NCBI GenBank assembly: GCA_017531625.1 | Contig: JAFXKQ010000115.1 | Span: 1-57,924 of the forward strand | Length of the DNA stretch: 57,924 nucleotides | Direction of reading: 5' to 3' | DNA from: Clostridia bacterium | GTDB lineage: Bacteria; Bacillota; Clostridia; Oscillospirales; CAG-382 | Shown: positions 35,689-46,600 of the stretch, one piece after another | How the letters are laid out: every line of letters starts with the position of its first letter | Position numbering within the stretch: position 1 is the stretch's first letter | The notes under the pieces: model-generated | What the model was told of the DNA's origin: nothing | Database searches by the model: none | What the model saw: the letters and a program-made list of their open reading frames with translations, nothing else | Translations under genes and position numbers: made by a program

Positions 35689-36785
35689 CTATTTACTTTT
35701 TAAAGCTCTTAGTAAGTAAGGTTCGACAGCGTTAGCCATGGACATAAATCCCAAGTCGTTGGGATGGACCCCGTCAACAGTACAGCAATCCCTCTCGCTC
35801 TTTTTATAAATGGTTTCACCGTCAATGAAAAAGACATTCTCGTCACCGTTGTCGAGTGCTTCTTTGTAAGTGTTAAAAATCACTTCTCGCCGTTGCCTGC
35901 TCACTTCCCTTTCTTCAGGTGTGGAGTAGTTCATTCTTGAAAGGAACAAAACGGGAATCTTCGGATGTCTGCTCCTTATTATTTTGAAAAACGGAGCATG
36001 TGTTTTCTTTAAATGCTCAACGCTCGGGGAATTATGTCGTAATCATAAACAAAGGCCGCAAGGTCGATGGAAGCGATGTATTCTGCCATTTCCGGCTCGC
36101 CGACTGCAGAACCGGAAAATCCTAAGTTTCTTATGTCGCAATCAATTCTTCTTGAAATGATGCCGTCGTATGAAGTGCCGGAACGGGAAGCACAACCGCC
36201 CTGCGTAATAGAGGAGCCGTAAAAAGCTACCGTACCGAAAGTATAAGGCTCAGGCTCAAACAGTTTTGCCTCTTTATCAATTCCGACAAGTATCTCAGTA
36301 ATCCCGTTGTAAAGCGGCAAAGTAAGCGTTATGTCATAAAACTTGCCGTCGATTGAATCAGAAGGAACAAGGTATGCACCGTCCTCGTAAACTGTTTGCC
36401 CAACCGTAACGGGACTGCACATCTTGACGAGTCTCGAATCAGAACCCTTTCCAACGTAAATGTCAACGCCGGAAGAGCCGGAAAGCGGCATGTGCCTCAT
36501 GTAAAAACCGCTTCTCAGTGTAACCTTGACCGCAACGTAAGGAGAGTCCGTTCTAAAGCGGATTCTTGCCCCCGCTGTGTGATAAGCAAGTTGCTTTATT
36601 CCCTCAGACATTTTGCTGAGTTTATCCTCGGGAAAACGGCAGAAGACACCGTTTTCTCCCTTGTGGTGCAACCCGTAAACCTTGGCAGGTTCTTTGATTG
36701 CATCTAAAAAACGAATGTTGGGAAAACGTTTAAGCAAAGCCTCAGAGGGCTTGAAATTTTTATCAATTTCTTCAATTCGTTTCAT
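35689..36785 (-). pseudogene. SGNH/GDSL hydrolase (two-domain acetylesterase-like) interrupted by a 1-nt frameshift
   Basis: ORFs 36009-36785 and 35689-35949 form one gene. Block I is GSSITQG, block II is GFSG, and block V DGVHPNDLG lies in the downstream ORF. The alternative frame reads HNSPSVEHLKKTHAPFFKIIRSRHPKIPVLFL across the gap and joins at about 36036. Confidence 0.75.
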
Positions 36786-36791
36786 AAAACT

Positions 36792-37433
36792 TTAAGCTCT
36801 TTCTTTAACAAATCTGAGGTATGGATTGTTTTCCTTTTCTTCGGAGAGGGTCGTACATTTTTCATGCCCGGGATATACGGCATAGTCCACCGGCATACTG
36901 TTGAGCAGTTTTAAAGAAGCAAACATTTTTTCGTTGTTACCGCCAAGTAAATCTGTTCTCCCGATTCCACCTTTAAAAAGGGTGTCACCCGTAAACAGCA
37001 AATCACCGAACAAATAACAAACCGAACCTTCAGTGTGTCCGGGTGTATGGATAACCTCAAAATCGTAACCGCAAAGCGTGACATTTCTGTCTTTATCCGT
37101 GAAAAGAACGTCAGCCGGCGGAAAAGGTCGTGGATCGTTACCGATCATGCTGGAATACAAATCCCGTTCGGTGAGGTATTTTGCGTCTGCTTCGTGAATC
37201 GCAACGACGGTTTTCGAAGTTCGTACCTCTTGAAGCGCTAAGATGTGATCAAAATGACCGTGAGTCAAAAGAATCAAATCAGGCGTTGCGTCCATTTCCA
37301 AAAGCGTACTTTTTATAATAAAAGGATCATCACCCGGATCTATGACAACTGCCCCGTGCAGACCGTCGCGTTTTAAAATGTAGCAGTTGGTATCAAGGTT
37401 TCCTACTTTTACACAGCTAAGATTGTAATCCAT
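36792..37433 (-). CDS. MBL-fold metallo-hydrolase (glyoxalase II-like)
   Basis: 213 aa with THGHFDH, HTPGHT and GD..F motifs. Confidence 0.85.
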   Translation of the reverse strand: MDYNLSCVKVGNLDTNCYILKRDGLHGAVVIDPGDDPFIIKSTLLEMDATPDLILLTHGHFDHILALQEVRTSKTVVAIHEADAKYLTERDLYSSMIGNDPRPFPPADVLFTDKDRNVTLCGYDFEVIHTPGHTEGSVCYLFGDLLFTGDTLFKGGIGRTDLLGGNNEKMFASLKLLNSMPVDYAVYPGHEKCTTLSEEKENNPYLRFVKERA

Positions 37434-37457
37434 AATATCACCTTTTTGAGCTCTAGG

Positions 37458-38468
37458 TCAATCCTCGTCTGCAGAGCAGATGTACTCGTGGAGTGCAAAG
37501 ACGTCTTCGGAGATTCTGTTCATAAAATACTGTGTGTTATATCCAATGTAATCCGTGAGAATTATTAACAAATAAGGTCTGTCCTCATAGAATACAATAG
37601 CAGCATCATTGGATGCAGAGATGTCCATGCCGTACTTATGAGCAACCTCGTAAAGTGCTTTTCCGTTAGAATCCTTGGGCAAACCGCCTTTTACAAACTT
37701 GTTTTCGTTTGCAACCTTTAAAAGACTGACGTACCACAAGTAATCCTCGTCGCCCGCTTTGTAACGTTCGTAAATCTCTTTCCAACACTCTGCGACTCCC
37801 ACAGCGTTAAGCCAATTGCAGCCCTTGAAATAAAAGGTTGTTCCGTACCTGTCCTCAGCCCAATCGGTAAAGGAATCGTAAGAACGTACGTAAGAAAGTA
37901 ACATATTATAAGCTGTGTTATCGCTGTGGTAAATGAGGTACTCAATGATTTCCTTAAGTGTGAGCTGGTCGCCGAAATTCTTTTCCTTGGGAATCTCTGA
38001 AGTGCCTCCACGCTTGTTTGCCTTTGTGTAAGTGTAAAGGTCATCATAGCTGAGCTGCCCGTTTTGGATCATTTCGAATACCGACATCATATACTCAGCC
38101 TTGATGAGACTCGCACCCGCAAAGAAACGGTCTTCATTGTAAGTGATACTAAGACCGGTCTCTAAGTCTACATAGTACATAGCACAAGCATAAGAAGCTT
38201 CATTCAGCCTTGAAAGAATCGGCGAGAGATACTCGTTGCTGATCCTGTTTGGCAATTCGATTCCTTTTGCGCCGGCAGTCACAGTAGCACTTGATAACGA
38301 AACTGTGAGCTTTGGGCTTTCGTTCAAATATTCTATGGGTTCGACTTCGTCCGTCGCATCTGTTATTTCACTGCTCTGAGCGCAGGAAACAAGACATAGT
38401 AACGCCATAAGTAAAGCCAAAAGCCTAAGACTTTTACGTTTAGAACACGTTACAGAAGTGTTGTTCAT
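37458..38468 (-). CDS. Lipoprotein, class A beta-lactamase-fold serine hydrolase
   Basis: 336 aa with lipobox LVSCAQ, SxxK (ASLIKA), SDN (HSDNTA) and a KxG-like HKYGM. Confidence 0.8.
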   Translation of the reverse strand: MNNTSVTCSKRKSLRLLALLMALLCLVSCAQSSEITDATDEVEPIEYLNESPKLTVSLSSATVTAGAKGIELPNRISNEYLSPILSRLNEASYACAMYYVDLETGLSITYNEDRFFAGASLIKAEYMMSVFEMIQNGQLSYDDLYTYTKANKRGGTSEIPKEKNFGDQLTLKEIIEYLIYHSDNTAYNMLLSYVRSYDSFTDWAEDRYGTTFYFKGCNWLNAVGVAECWKEIYERYKAGDEDYLWYVSLLKVANENKFVKGGLPKDSNGKALYEVAHKYGMDISASNDAAIVFYEDRPYLLIILTDYIGYNTQYFMNRISEDVFALHEYICSADED

Positions 38469-38503
38469 AATACCTCCCGTGGTCTGAAAGAATAAAAACT
38501 AAA

Positions 38504-39718
38504 TTACACTCTGAGGAAGAGGTCCATAAGCTTATAACCCTCTTCAAGATAAACTCCACCTTCGAAACCGCTTTGTTCGTTGTAAACCTTAATGTTGCTT
38601 TCTCTCTTCTGGTAGCTCTTGTAGATAACAAACGGAACCGCATCAAGGGTATGAGTACGTGCTGAGATTGGAGTTGGATGGTCGGGAGCAAGAAGAATCT
38701 TGTACTTTTCTCCCATCTTATCAAGCTCGCTCATCATGTAACCCAGAATTTCTTTATCGATAAGCTCGATGGATTTTACTTTATTATCCGTTTCTCCTCT
38801 ATGTCCGCATTCATCCGGAGCTTCTACGTGGATGTAAACCAAGTCTTTGCCGGACTTAAGCGCTTCAAGAGCGGCATCCGCCTTGCCTTTATAATTTGTT
38901 TCAATGGTACCCGTAGCACCTTCCACGAAAGGAGCGTCCATTCCTGCGCAAAGGCCGATTCCCTTAATGAGGTCAACAGCACACACAACGGAGGCATCAA
39001 GCCCTGTCATTTCCGTAAAGTTAGGGATAGCAGGCTTCTTTCCGGGAGACCAGAGCCAGAGGGAGTTAGCCTTTTTAAGACCTTTTGCCGCACGTTTAAT
39101 GTTGAGCGGATGGTTATTAAGAAACTCAAAGCTGTCCTTCATAAGCTTAAGGAAGGGCTTGCTCAATTCCTTCTTAGGCAAGTATTCCTTGATTTTTTCG
39201 TCAAGGATGTCATGTGGCCTTGAAAAATCGTAAAAAGGCGGACAATCCTTCCAAATGAGGCAATGACGGTAACTTACCCCGGGGTAAAGCTTGTAAATGT
39301 CGTTCTCAAACTCTTTGTTCAAATCTTCAATCAAAATGCGCGCGTCTTCCGTGGAAATCTCATCAGAAGAATGGTCGAGCATTATTTTCTCTTCGTAAGG
39401 TTCGCCGTTATCGGAAAGCGCAACGAGGTTAGCGCGAATTGCGGTTTCGTCGTCGTTCATTTCAATACCCATGCTGACAGCTTCGAGAGGAGAGCGCCCC
39501 TTAGAATAAATCTCAGGGTTATACCCCATAAGGGCAAGGTTTGCGGTGTCGCTTTCAGGTGTCATACTTCTGGGAACGGTAAATGCACGTCCGTTAATGC
39601 CCATGGAAGCAATGTAGTTCATAAACGGTTTATCTGCAACAGTCATAGGAGTTTTTCCATCAAGCTCCTTGATGGGAAGGTCTGCCATTCCGTCGCCGAC
39701 TAAAACGATGTATTTCAT
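38504..39718 (-). CDS. apgM: Cofactor-independent phosphoglycerate mutase, ApgM type
   Basis: 404 aa. The N-terminal MKYIVLVGDGMADLP, EAPDECGH and LAPDHPTP motifs are typical of the archaeal-type iPGM / metalloenzyme superfamily. Confidence 0.85.
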   Translation of the reverse strand: MKYIVLVGDGMADLPIKELDGKTPMTVADKPFMNYIASMGINGRAFTVPRSMTPESDTANLALMGYNPEIYSKGRSPLEAVSMGIEMNDDETAIRANLVALSDNGEPYEEKIMLDHSSDEISTEDARILIEDLNKEFENDIYKLYPGVSYRHCLIWKDCPPFYDFSRPHDILDEKIKEYLPKKELSKPFLKLMKDSFEFLNNHPLNIKRAAKGLKKANSLWLWSPGKKPAIPNFTEMTGLDASVVCAVDLIKGIGLCAGMDAPFVEGATGTIETNYKGKADAALEALKSGKDLVYIHVEAPDECGHRGETDNKVKSIELIDKEILGYMMSELDKMGEKYKILLAPDHPTPISARTHTLDAVPFVIYKSYQKRESNIKVYNEQSGFEGGVYLEEGYKLMDLFLRV

Positions 39719-39763
39719 AGAGTTAAACCTCCTTTATCACATACAGATTATACCAGATAGAGC

Positions 39764-39792
39764 ATTATACCATTATTTCTTCCGTTTTTCAA
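39764..39792 (-). promoter_or_regulatory. Sigma-A type promoter candidate for the apgM operon
   Basis: On the minus strand: TTGAAA, 17-nt spacer, TATAAT. A second GGTATAAT box lies 15 nt downstream. Confidence 0.5.
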
Positions 39793-39820
39793 TAATAAAA
39801 CCTAAAAATTAAACAAATAA

Positions 39821-39849
39821 TTGACAAACTCTTTTGCCGATAGTATAAT
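39821..39849 (+). promoter_or_regulatory. Perfect consensus sigma-A promoter
   Basis: TTGACA (39821-39826), exactly 17 nt, TATAAT (39844-39849), about 35 nt upstream of the 39884 start. Confidence 0.65.
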
Positions 39850-39883
39850 TATCTAGCAGTATTATAGTATTTGGAAACGGTAT

Positions 39884-41845
39884 GTGATTGTGATGGTTAA
39901 TGAACGTAAATTCTTGACGGATTCGTATATTTGTGCTTTAAAGGGTACGGATGCGCCTTCCCCCGGGGAAGGTCTTGATTTTGCGTCAATTTTTGAAATG
40001 GCAGAAGCTCAGGATGTATGTTCAGCGCTTTATTTGGCTTGGAAGGAATCCGAGTTTGTGCCTGATGAAATAAAACAAAAACTTCAAAGCGCATACAACG
40101 ATAACAAGCTTTTGCTTGAGCGCAACGATGAGGAACAAAGGAAGCTTTTTGCAAAGTTTGAAGAGGAGAAAGAAGAGTACCTCCCCCTCAAAGAGTCCTT
40201 GCTCAGACGTTACTACAGTGACGGTTCCATGCGAGGAAAAAGCGCCACGGACATAATGGTTTCCAAGGGGCTTAAACGTAAAGCACGGGAGATTGTTCTC
40301 GGACAGGGGTTTGTTTTCAAAGGTTCTGACAGCGGTGCTGACGTTTACGCTAAAGACGGAGACAGTGTTGTAAGAGTTTATAACGAGAATGAGTATGATG
40401 CGGTTTACACCCCTTCCCTTCTTTCAAAAGCTAAACAGATAAGGGAAATAAAAAAACGCAAGGCTCTTAATCACAGCGACTTTTATGTTTATCTCGTGTC
40501 TGACTTTGCACGCTGTCTTTCTGCAGGAGCTGTTTCTTTACGTTCACTTGCAGACGTTTGGGTGTTCCTCAACCGTTTTGGCGACAAGTTGGATAAAAAG
40601 CGTATTGCGGATTCTCTTGCGGAATTAAAACTGACTGTATGCGATAAAGAGCTTAAGAAAGCGATTTACAAGCTGTTTTATGACGGGGATGCCGAAGGAA
40701 CTGCTCTAAAATTATTGGACTTTATCTTTGCAACAGATTTAAGCAAAAAAGAAGAAAAAACAAAACGTGATGAGTTGGTTTCACTTTTTTCTGTTCCCGA
40801 CGGGAAATCGGAAAAAGAACCTATGAGCCAACAAGTTAAAGTTACAGCCGTTTTTACAGTTGTTCTTTTGGTTCTTCTTACTGTGCTGTTTTTCACGCTC
40901 TTTTTCCAGAAGCTCACAGAACCAAAGAACGAAAACTCACTCTCCCAGGGCACAGACAGCTTCTCGGAAGAAAGTTTTGTTTCTGAAAACGAAAACTCAG
41001 ACGGTTCTCAGCGTTATTACGGAGAGCTTGCCGTTAAAGGCGGTTTGTACAAAGGCTACTTGATTGACGGCATTCCGGACGGGCCCGGTGAAATAAGTTA
41101 CACAAACGGAGAAAGCTATGTAGGCGGCTTTTCTGAAGGTGTGTTTAACGGAGTCGGTACTTACTATTACCTCGACGGGTCATGCTTTGACGGAATTTGG
41201 CTTGAGGGGACAATTAACGGTGAGGGTACGCTTTATAATGCAGACGGCAGTCTCATCAGCGGTAATTTCATAGACGGAGTACCCAGTGGCGAATGCGTTT
41301 ACAGCTATGCAAACGGCGAGATTTATGTCGGCGTACTTGTTGACGGCAAGCGCAACGGAATCGGGCGATTTAATTGGCTTAACGGTGATGTTTATGAGGG
41401 CAATTTCCTTAACGGCGACCGTCAGGGACAGGGTAAGTATACTTACAGCGACGGCTCCTACTATGAAGGTTCCTGGATAAATAACCGTGCTAACGGTTAC
41501 GGTGTCTTTTCTGACGAAAGCGGAAAGCGCAGCGGTTTCTTTATTGAATGGTACCTTGAAGGCGAAGGTAAATACGAGTTTTCTAACGGTGATGTTTATG
41601 AAGGAAACTTTGTTCATAACCTTTTCTCCGATGACGAAGCCAAACTTACCTATTCCAACGGTGACGTTTACGTAGGTGCTTTTTCCGACGGTGTCATTAA
41701 CGGTAAGGGTAAAATTACTTTTGCCAACGGTGACATAGTTGAGGGTACTTTCAAAAACGGAAAGCTTGAAGGCAAAGCAAAGTACTTTTATGCAGAACAT
41801 AATTTTTGGCAGACGGTTACTTATAAAAACGGTTCACCTGCTTAA
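39884..41845 (+). CDS. NTase-like N-terminal domain + TM helix + about 11 MORN repeats
   Basis: 653 aa (GTG 39884 or ATG 39893). The N-terminal roughly 300 aa resemble the uncharacterised nucleotidyltransferase family, with GS-x8-DIM where hG[GS]...DxD is expected. One TM helix is VTAVFTVVLLVLLTVLFFTLFF. The C-terminal half is YxGxxxxGxxxGxG repeats. Confidence 0.75.
   Translation: MIVMVNERKFLTDSYICALKGTDAPSPGEGLDFASIFEMAEAQDVCSALYLAWKESEFVPDEIKQKLQSAYNDNKLLLERNDEEQRKLFAKFEEEKEEYLPLKESLLRRYYSDGSMRGKSATDIMVSKGLKRKAREIVLGQGFVFKGSDSGADVYAKDGDSVVRVYNENEYDAVYTPSLLSKAKQIREIKKRKALNHSDFYVYLVSDFARCLSAGAVSLRSLADVWVFLNRFGDKLDKKRIADSLAELKLTVCDKELKKAIYKLFYDGDAEGTALKLLDFIFATDLSKKEEKTKRDELVSLFSVPDGKSEKEPMSQQVKVTAVFTVVLLVLLTVLFFTLFFQKLTEPKNENSLSQGTDSFSEESFVSENENSDGSQRYYGELAVKGGLYKGYLIDGIPDGPGEISYTNGESYVGGFSEGVFNGVGTYYYLDGSCFDGIWLEGTINGEGTLYNADGSLISGNFIDGVPSGECVYSYANGEIYVGVLVDGKRNGIGRFNWLNGDVYEGNFLNGDRQGQGKYTYSDGSYYEGSWINNRANGYGVFSDESGKRSGFFIEWYLEGEGKYEFSNGDVYEGNFVHNLFSDDEAKLTYSNGDVYVGAFSDGVINGKGKITFANGDIVEGTFKNGKLEGKAKYFYAEHNFWQTVTYKNGSPA
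41014..41800 (+). repeat. Coding tandem repeats (MORN units, about 69-nt period)
   Basis: About 11 consecutive units of the form Y.G.f.dG..nG.G...y.nGd. There is periodic DNA similarity (GACGG/AACGG...GGT). Confidence 0.7.
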
Positions 41846-41871
41846 ATTTTAACTTTACAGAGGAAGCATTG

Positions 41872-42558
41872 ATGAAAGTGAAGAACTTTATCAAAGATTT
41901 CGTTAACAATAACAAACACATTTGGATAATGAGCTACTGGGTAATTCACTGTACTTGGTACTTGATTTTGCAAGAAATTACCATGGCACGTGATCCCTAC
42001 CCAATCGTTTGTGACCTTGACAGAGCAATTCCGTTTTGTGAATGGTTTATCCTTCCCTACTGTGCATGGTTTGTGGACATCGTTGCAGTTTCTCTTTATC
42101 TTTTCTTCAAAAACAGAGAGGGATTTGTGAGACTTTACGTTTATCTGTTTACAGGAATGTTTGTTTGTATGCTCATTTGCACGGTGATTCCGATGTATTT
42201 TGACCGTACAGGGATGGAAATGTATCCCCGTGACAATTTCCTTACGGACATTGTTAAGCTTTTACAAGGGTTTGATGAACCCACAACGGTTATGCCCAGC
42301 ATGCACGTTTATGTTGCAATCGGTCTTTGCGTTGCTACGCTAAGGGATAAAGTTCTCGGTTCGCTCAAGTTTGTTAAATTCTGTGCCGTTATTCTTTGCA
42401 TTGGAATTTGCCTTTCAATCGTCTTTACAAAACAGCATTCCGTTCTTGACGGAATTGCGGCAGTTGCTTTAAGTGTGCCTGTTTATTTTCTCGCTTACGG
42501 ATTAAAGTACAAAAAGCTTTTGAAGCTTGTTGAAAAGCCTTGTGTGATTGAGGTTTAA
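41872..42558 (+). CDS. PAP2-superfamily (sphingomyelin-synthase/PAP2_3-like) integral membrane protein
   Basis: About 228 aa and 5-6 TM helices. A C2-like PSMH and a C3-like KQHSVLDG (H-x3-D) are present. No clear C1 KxxxxxxRP was seen. Confidence 0.65.
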   Translation: MKVKNFIKDFVNNNKHIWIMSYWVIHCTWYLILQEITMARDPYPIVCDLDRAIPFCEWFILPYCAWFVDIVAVSLYLFFKNREGFVRLYVYLFTGMFVCMLICTVIPMYFDRTGMEMYPRDNFLTDIVKLLQGFDEPTTVMPSMHVYVAIGLCVATLRDKVLGSLKFVKFCAVILCIGICLSIVFTKQHSVLDGIAAVALSVPVYFLAYGLKYKKLLKLVEKPCVIEV

Positions 42559-42637
42559 CAGTGCTTTAATTTTTATCTTTTATAATCCTGTTGTCTGTTA
42601 TGATCTTACATCATTATGTTCTTTTGGAGGTCCGTCT

Positions 42638-43615
42638 ATGAAGAAAGTTTTATCATTATTTTTGGTAGTATTGCTTTTAGTCAGCCTTATCGCTTGTGAC
42701 AGTAACGAAACAAACTCTTCAGATTCAAACGAATCTGTTACTAACGAATCAAGCTCTGTCGGTTCTGCATCAAACTCAGAAAGTTCAGCAGACAACGGCG
42801 TTACAGACGGCTCCCAGAGTTCTGATGACGAGGGATATGTAGACGAGGGCGAAATGAAAATACGTCTTTTTAAGGTGGGAAAATCAGACGCTTCGCTCAT
42901 CAGAACAAAGGACTATGTTATCCTCATTGACAGCTCCAGCGATGACCACGGTCAGGAAATACTGGATTATTTAGCCGAAAAATCCATTACCTCCATTGAT
43001 TATATGATTATAACTCATTTCGACAAGAGTGAAGTCGGCGGTGCAGACATCATTCTTAAAGGCACCGAGGTTAAGACCGTTGTTCAGCCCGCTTATACGA
43101 AGGACAGCACTCAGGCCAGAGAATACGTTGCGGCACTCGGCACTGTAGATTCTGAGGTCATTACTCTGAAGGAAGAAATGACTATAAACTGCAATGATGT
43201 AGAACTCACGCTTTATCCCGCACAGAAGAGTTATTATGCGGAGGATGATGACAACAATTTCTCCATTGCAGTAAACGTTATACACGGTGATAACAGCTTC
43301 CTCTTTGCCGGTGATGCCATGAGCGCTCGCATGAAAGAGCTGGTTGAATTTAACCAAGCGAAGGGTTTGGAGGCGTTCTCCTTTGTAAAGATGCCTTGTA
43401 ACGGTGTTTATTGTGAAGGAACATACGGCATCAGCACCACCGAGTTTATTGAGGCAGTCGACCCGATTTACGCATCGATTTCCTGTTCCGAAAAGAATCC
43501 CGCAGAGGCAGCCGTTGTTGATGCACTTGCAGCTGTGGGAACCAAGGTTTTCTTTACCAAAGACGGTAACATTAAGATCACCAGCGATGGCGAAATGATT
43601 GAAATAGTTCAATAG
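42638..43615 (+). CDS. Lipoprotein with degenerate MBL-fold (ComEC C-terminal-like) domain
   Basis: Start is moved to MKKVLSLFLVV (GGAGG RBS), with lipobox LIACD and a Ser/Asn/Glu-rich linker. IITHFDKSEVGG sits in place of the HxHxDH motif. Confidence 0.65.
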   Translation: MKKVLSLFLVVLLLVSLIACDSNETNSSDSNESVTNESSSVGSASNSESSADNGVTDGSQSSDDEGYVDEGEMKIRLFKVGKSDASLIRTKDYVILIDSSSDDHGQEILDYLAEKSITSIDYMIITHFDKSEVGGADIILKGTEVKTVVQPAYTKDSTQAREYVAALGTVDSEVITLKEEMTINCNDVELTLYPAQKSYYAEDDDNNFSIAVNVIHGDNSFLFAGDAMSARMKELVEFNQAKGLEAFSFVKMPCNGVYCEGTYGISTTEFIEAVDPIYASISCSEKNPAEAAVVDALAAVGTKVFFTKDGNIKITSDGEMIEIVQ

Positions 43616-43683
43616 CTTTTTGACTTATCCGTTATAAGCTTTTGTGAATAGCTTCCTCCGTTTGGGAAATAATAGCACTAACA

Positions 43684-46600
43684 ATGGCTATTTTCTTGAA
43701 CGGAGGATTTTTTTTGAACAGAAAAGAGCTTACAGTAACGTATTTGGAAAGCGCTGAAAAGAGAATTCTGAAAGCTATCGGCTTTGGTTCTTCGAGTGAC
43801 GCAAGCCAGATTGATAAGTACTTTGCGGATAACGCTTTCATTTTTCGTCAAAGTATCGCCTTGTTACAAAAGGAAAAAAGATTCTTGAATTCAATCGAAA
43901 AAGAACGAGGCAACAATCTTGTCTTTTTAACTTTATGGAAGAATCTCAAAACAAATTCCTTTAACGTTTGCGAGGTTGAGCTAATCAAGTCGCTTTCTCC
44001 GCTTAATTTAAGTGTTAAAGAAACAGATATGCTGAAAAGCCTCGTTATAGTTTGTTGTATTATTGAGGCAGGACTTGTTTGTAAATTTAAAGCCCATAAC
44101 AGCGACGGTTTTACGCGACTTAATGCTGTGGTTTCTGCATTAAAAGTGCTTGACGAGCTGGATTTTGAAGCTCTTTATCCAAAGGTTTCTACTGCGGTTT
44201 CGGTTATTGAAAAAAATGAACCCCTTTTTTCCGGAATGACTAAGGAAACAAAGTCTCAGTACCGAAAAGCCTTGCAAGATTATGCCAAGAAGAAAAAAAT
44301 CAGCGAATTGGATGCTGCTCTTTTAGTCGCTGAAACAGCTGAACGGCAAGGAACTCTTATGGGAGAAGTTTTGGAGATAGATAAGCCTAAAAAGAGTGCA
44401 ATTTATTGTTTGTTGACAGCATTTTTCTTTTTTCTGTTCTGCGGTTTGGCGTTTTGGCTTTGTGACAGAAGCCTCTTAATCGTTCTTTTGGCTGTCCCTC
44501 TTGGTTTTCTCGCTTTCTCGGTAAGTGATTTTTTGTTCTCTGTTTTTGGTGGCGTTACCAACTGCCCTGCTCTCAAATTAGATTCAGTTCCCGAAAACGG
44601 TCGTACTCTTACTGTCATCACAACACTTCTAACGGGAAAACAAAACGACCAAAGGCTTTTTGAAAACATTGAGCGTTTTTGTATTCTTAACGATAAAAAA
44701 GGTTTGCATTTCGGCTTGCTTTGTGATTTGCCCGATTCGGATAAGCGCTATAAGTCAAGCGACAAAGAAACCATTGCTTTTGCTGTTGAAAAAACCAGAG
44801 AGCTTAACGAAAAAACAGGTGGACGCTTTACTCTTTTTCTCAGAAAGCGTGACAAAAAACTTGAAGGCGGATACGGTGGTAAGGAGAGAAAAAGAGGTGC
44901 GGTTGAGTCGTTGATAAAACTGCTTTACCGTAAAGAAAACAAATTTTCGTTAATTGAAGGTGAAATTCCCGAAAACATCTCCTTTTTGCTTACTCTTGAT
45001 TCCGACACCAGCTTGACAATGGACTCTGTAAGTGAGCTTGTTGGGGCTATGCTGCACCCGTTAAACAGACCGAAGATTAAGGACGGTAAGGTTGTAAAGG
45101 GCTACGGAATTCTTCAACCGGCGGTCAAAACTTCGCTTGAGAGTTCAGCTCACAGCCGTTTTTCTGCAATGATAAGCGCAGTTGGCGGAATAGATATTTA
45201 CGAAAGCGCAGGTTTTGAACGTCATCAGCAAATTTTCGGTGAAGGTATTTTTTGCGGAAAAGGCATCATCGACGTAAAACTTTACGGCGAACTGCTTTGC
45301 GACCGTTTGCCGGAAAACAAGGTTTTAAGCCATGACATGCCCGAAGGAAACGTTTTAAGGACACGTTACGTAGGTGACGTTTCCTTTACGGATTCAACAC
45401 CAAAGAATCTCATTGCGTACTACGACCGTCTGCACCGTTGGATTCGGGGCGATGTTCAGAATTTAGCGCTTCTTAAAGGCTACGGTCAGGGGTTACGGGG
45501 GGCTTGGAGAATTCTTGCCAACGTTTTACGCCATCTTGCTCCCGTACTCTCTTTGCTTACTTTCATTCTCTCCGCATTTTTTGTAAAAGGTAATAAAGGC
45601 ATAGCAATTTGTCTTTTCGCGTTGTTGCCGTCGCTTTCACCGATTGTTTTTACCTTCTTTTCTCGTCCGCTTGGATTAAGATTCAGAATCAGACGTTTTT
45701 TCTCTGCTGTAACAAACGGGTTGATGCAAAGCTTTAAGAGTTCTGCTCACGAGGTTCTTACTCTGGTTTATAAATCTCACATTACCGTTGATGCTTTTTT
45801 ACGAAGTTTGTACAGAATGGCAGTAGGCAAAAAATTACTGGTCTGGCAAACTGCCGCCGAGGTTGACCGTGTTACAAAAGAAAAAACGGTTTACTTCATT
45901 TATCGCTGTCTTTTGTCATCAATGATTGGGGCGGGTCTCTTCTTTTTCAGTAATCTTTGGATAAGCCGACTTTTAGGCATGGTTTGGTTTTTATTTCCTC
46001 TTTACGCCAAGTTTGTTTCCCTCCCCTTGCCCGCTGTAAAAGGTTTTTCCGACAAACAGAAGAAAAAACTTTGCGGCTACAGCGAAGCAATGTGGAGATT
46101 CTTCAAGGACAACACAAACGAAAAAACAGCACACTTGCCCCCTGATAATGTACAGATTTCTCCCGTTGAAGTTACGGCGATGCGTACTTCGCCGACAAAC
46201 GTGGGACTTTATCTGACTTCTTGCCTGGCGGCAAGGGATTTTGGATTTATCAACACTTCCGAACTGAAAAAACGTGTGTCATGTTGCCTTGATACGGTAA
46301 AAAAACTTAAAAAATGGAACGGTCATCTCTACAACTGGTACTCGCTACCTGACCTTGAGTTGCTTGGAGGCGGTTATGTTTCCACTGTTGATAGCGGTAA
46401 TTTCTGCGTTTGTCTCATTGCTCTGGCAGAAGGTCTTGAGGAATACGGACTTTACGAACTGGCGGATGAAGCGAGAACAATTTCACTTTCCGCAGACTTT
46501 ACGTGCCTTTACAACACTAAGCGTGATTTGTTTTCGTTAGGGTTTGACACCCAGACAAATACACTTTCGAGCATTTGCTATGATCTTTATATGAGTGAAG

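Noticed and set aside
41180..41800. 206-aa ORF antisense to the MORN repeat region
   Set aside because: It is a by-product of the periodic repeat DNA. The sense frame gives textbook MORN units and the antisense frame gives none.
42971..43612. 213-aa ORF antisense to the MBL-fold lipoprotein gene
   Set aside because: It has no signal, no motif and no RBS. The sense ORF has an RBS, a lipobox and domain features.
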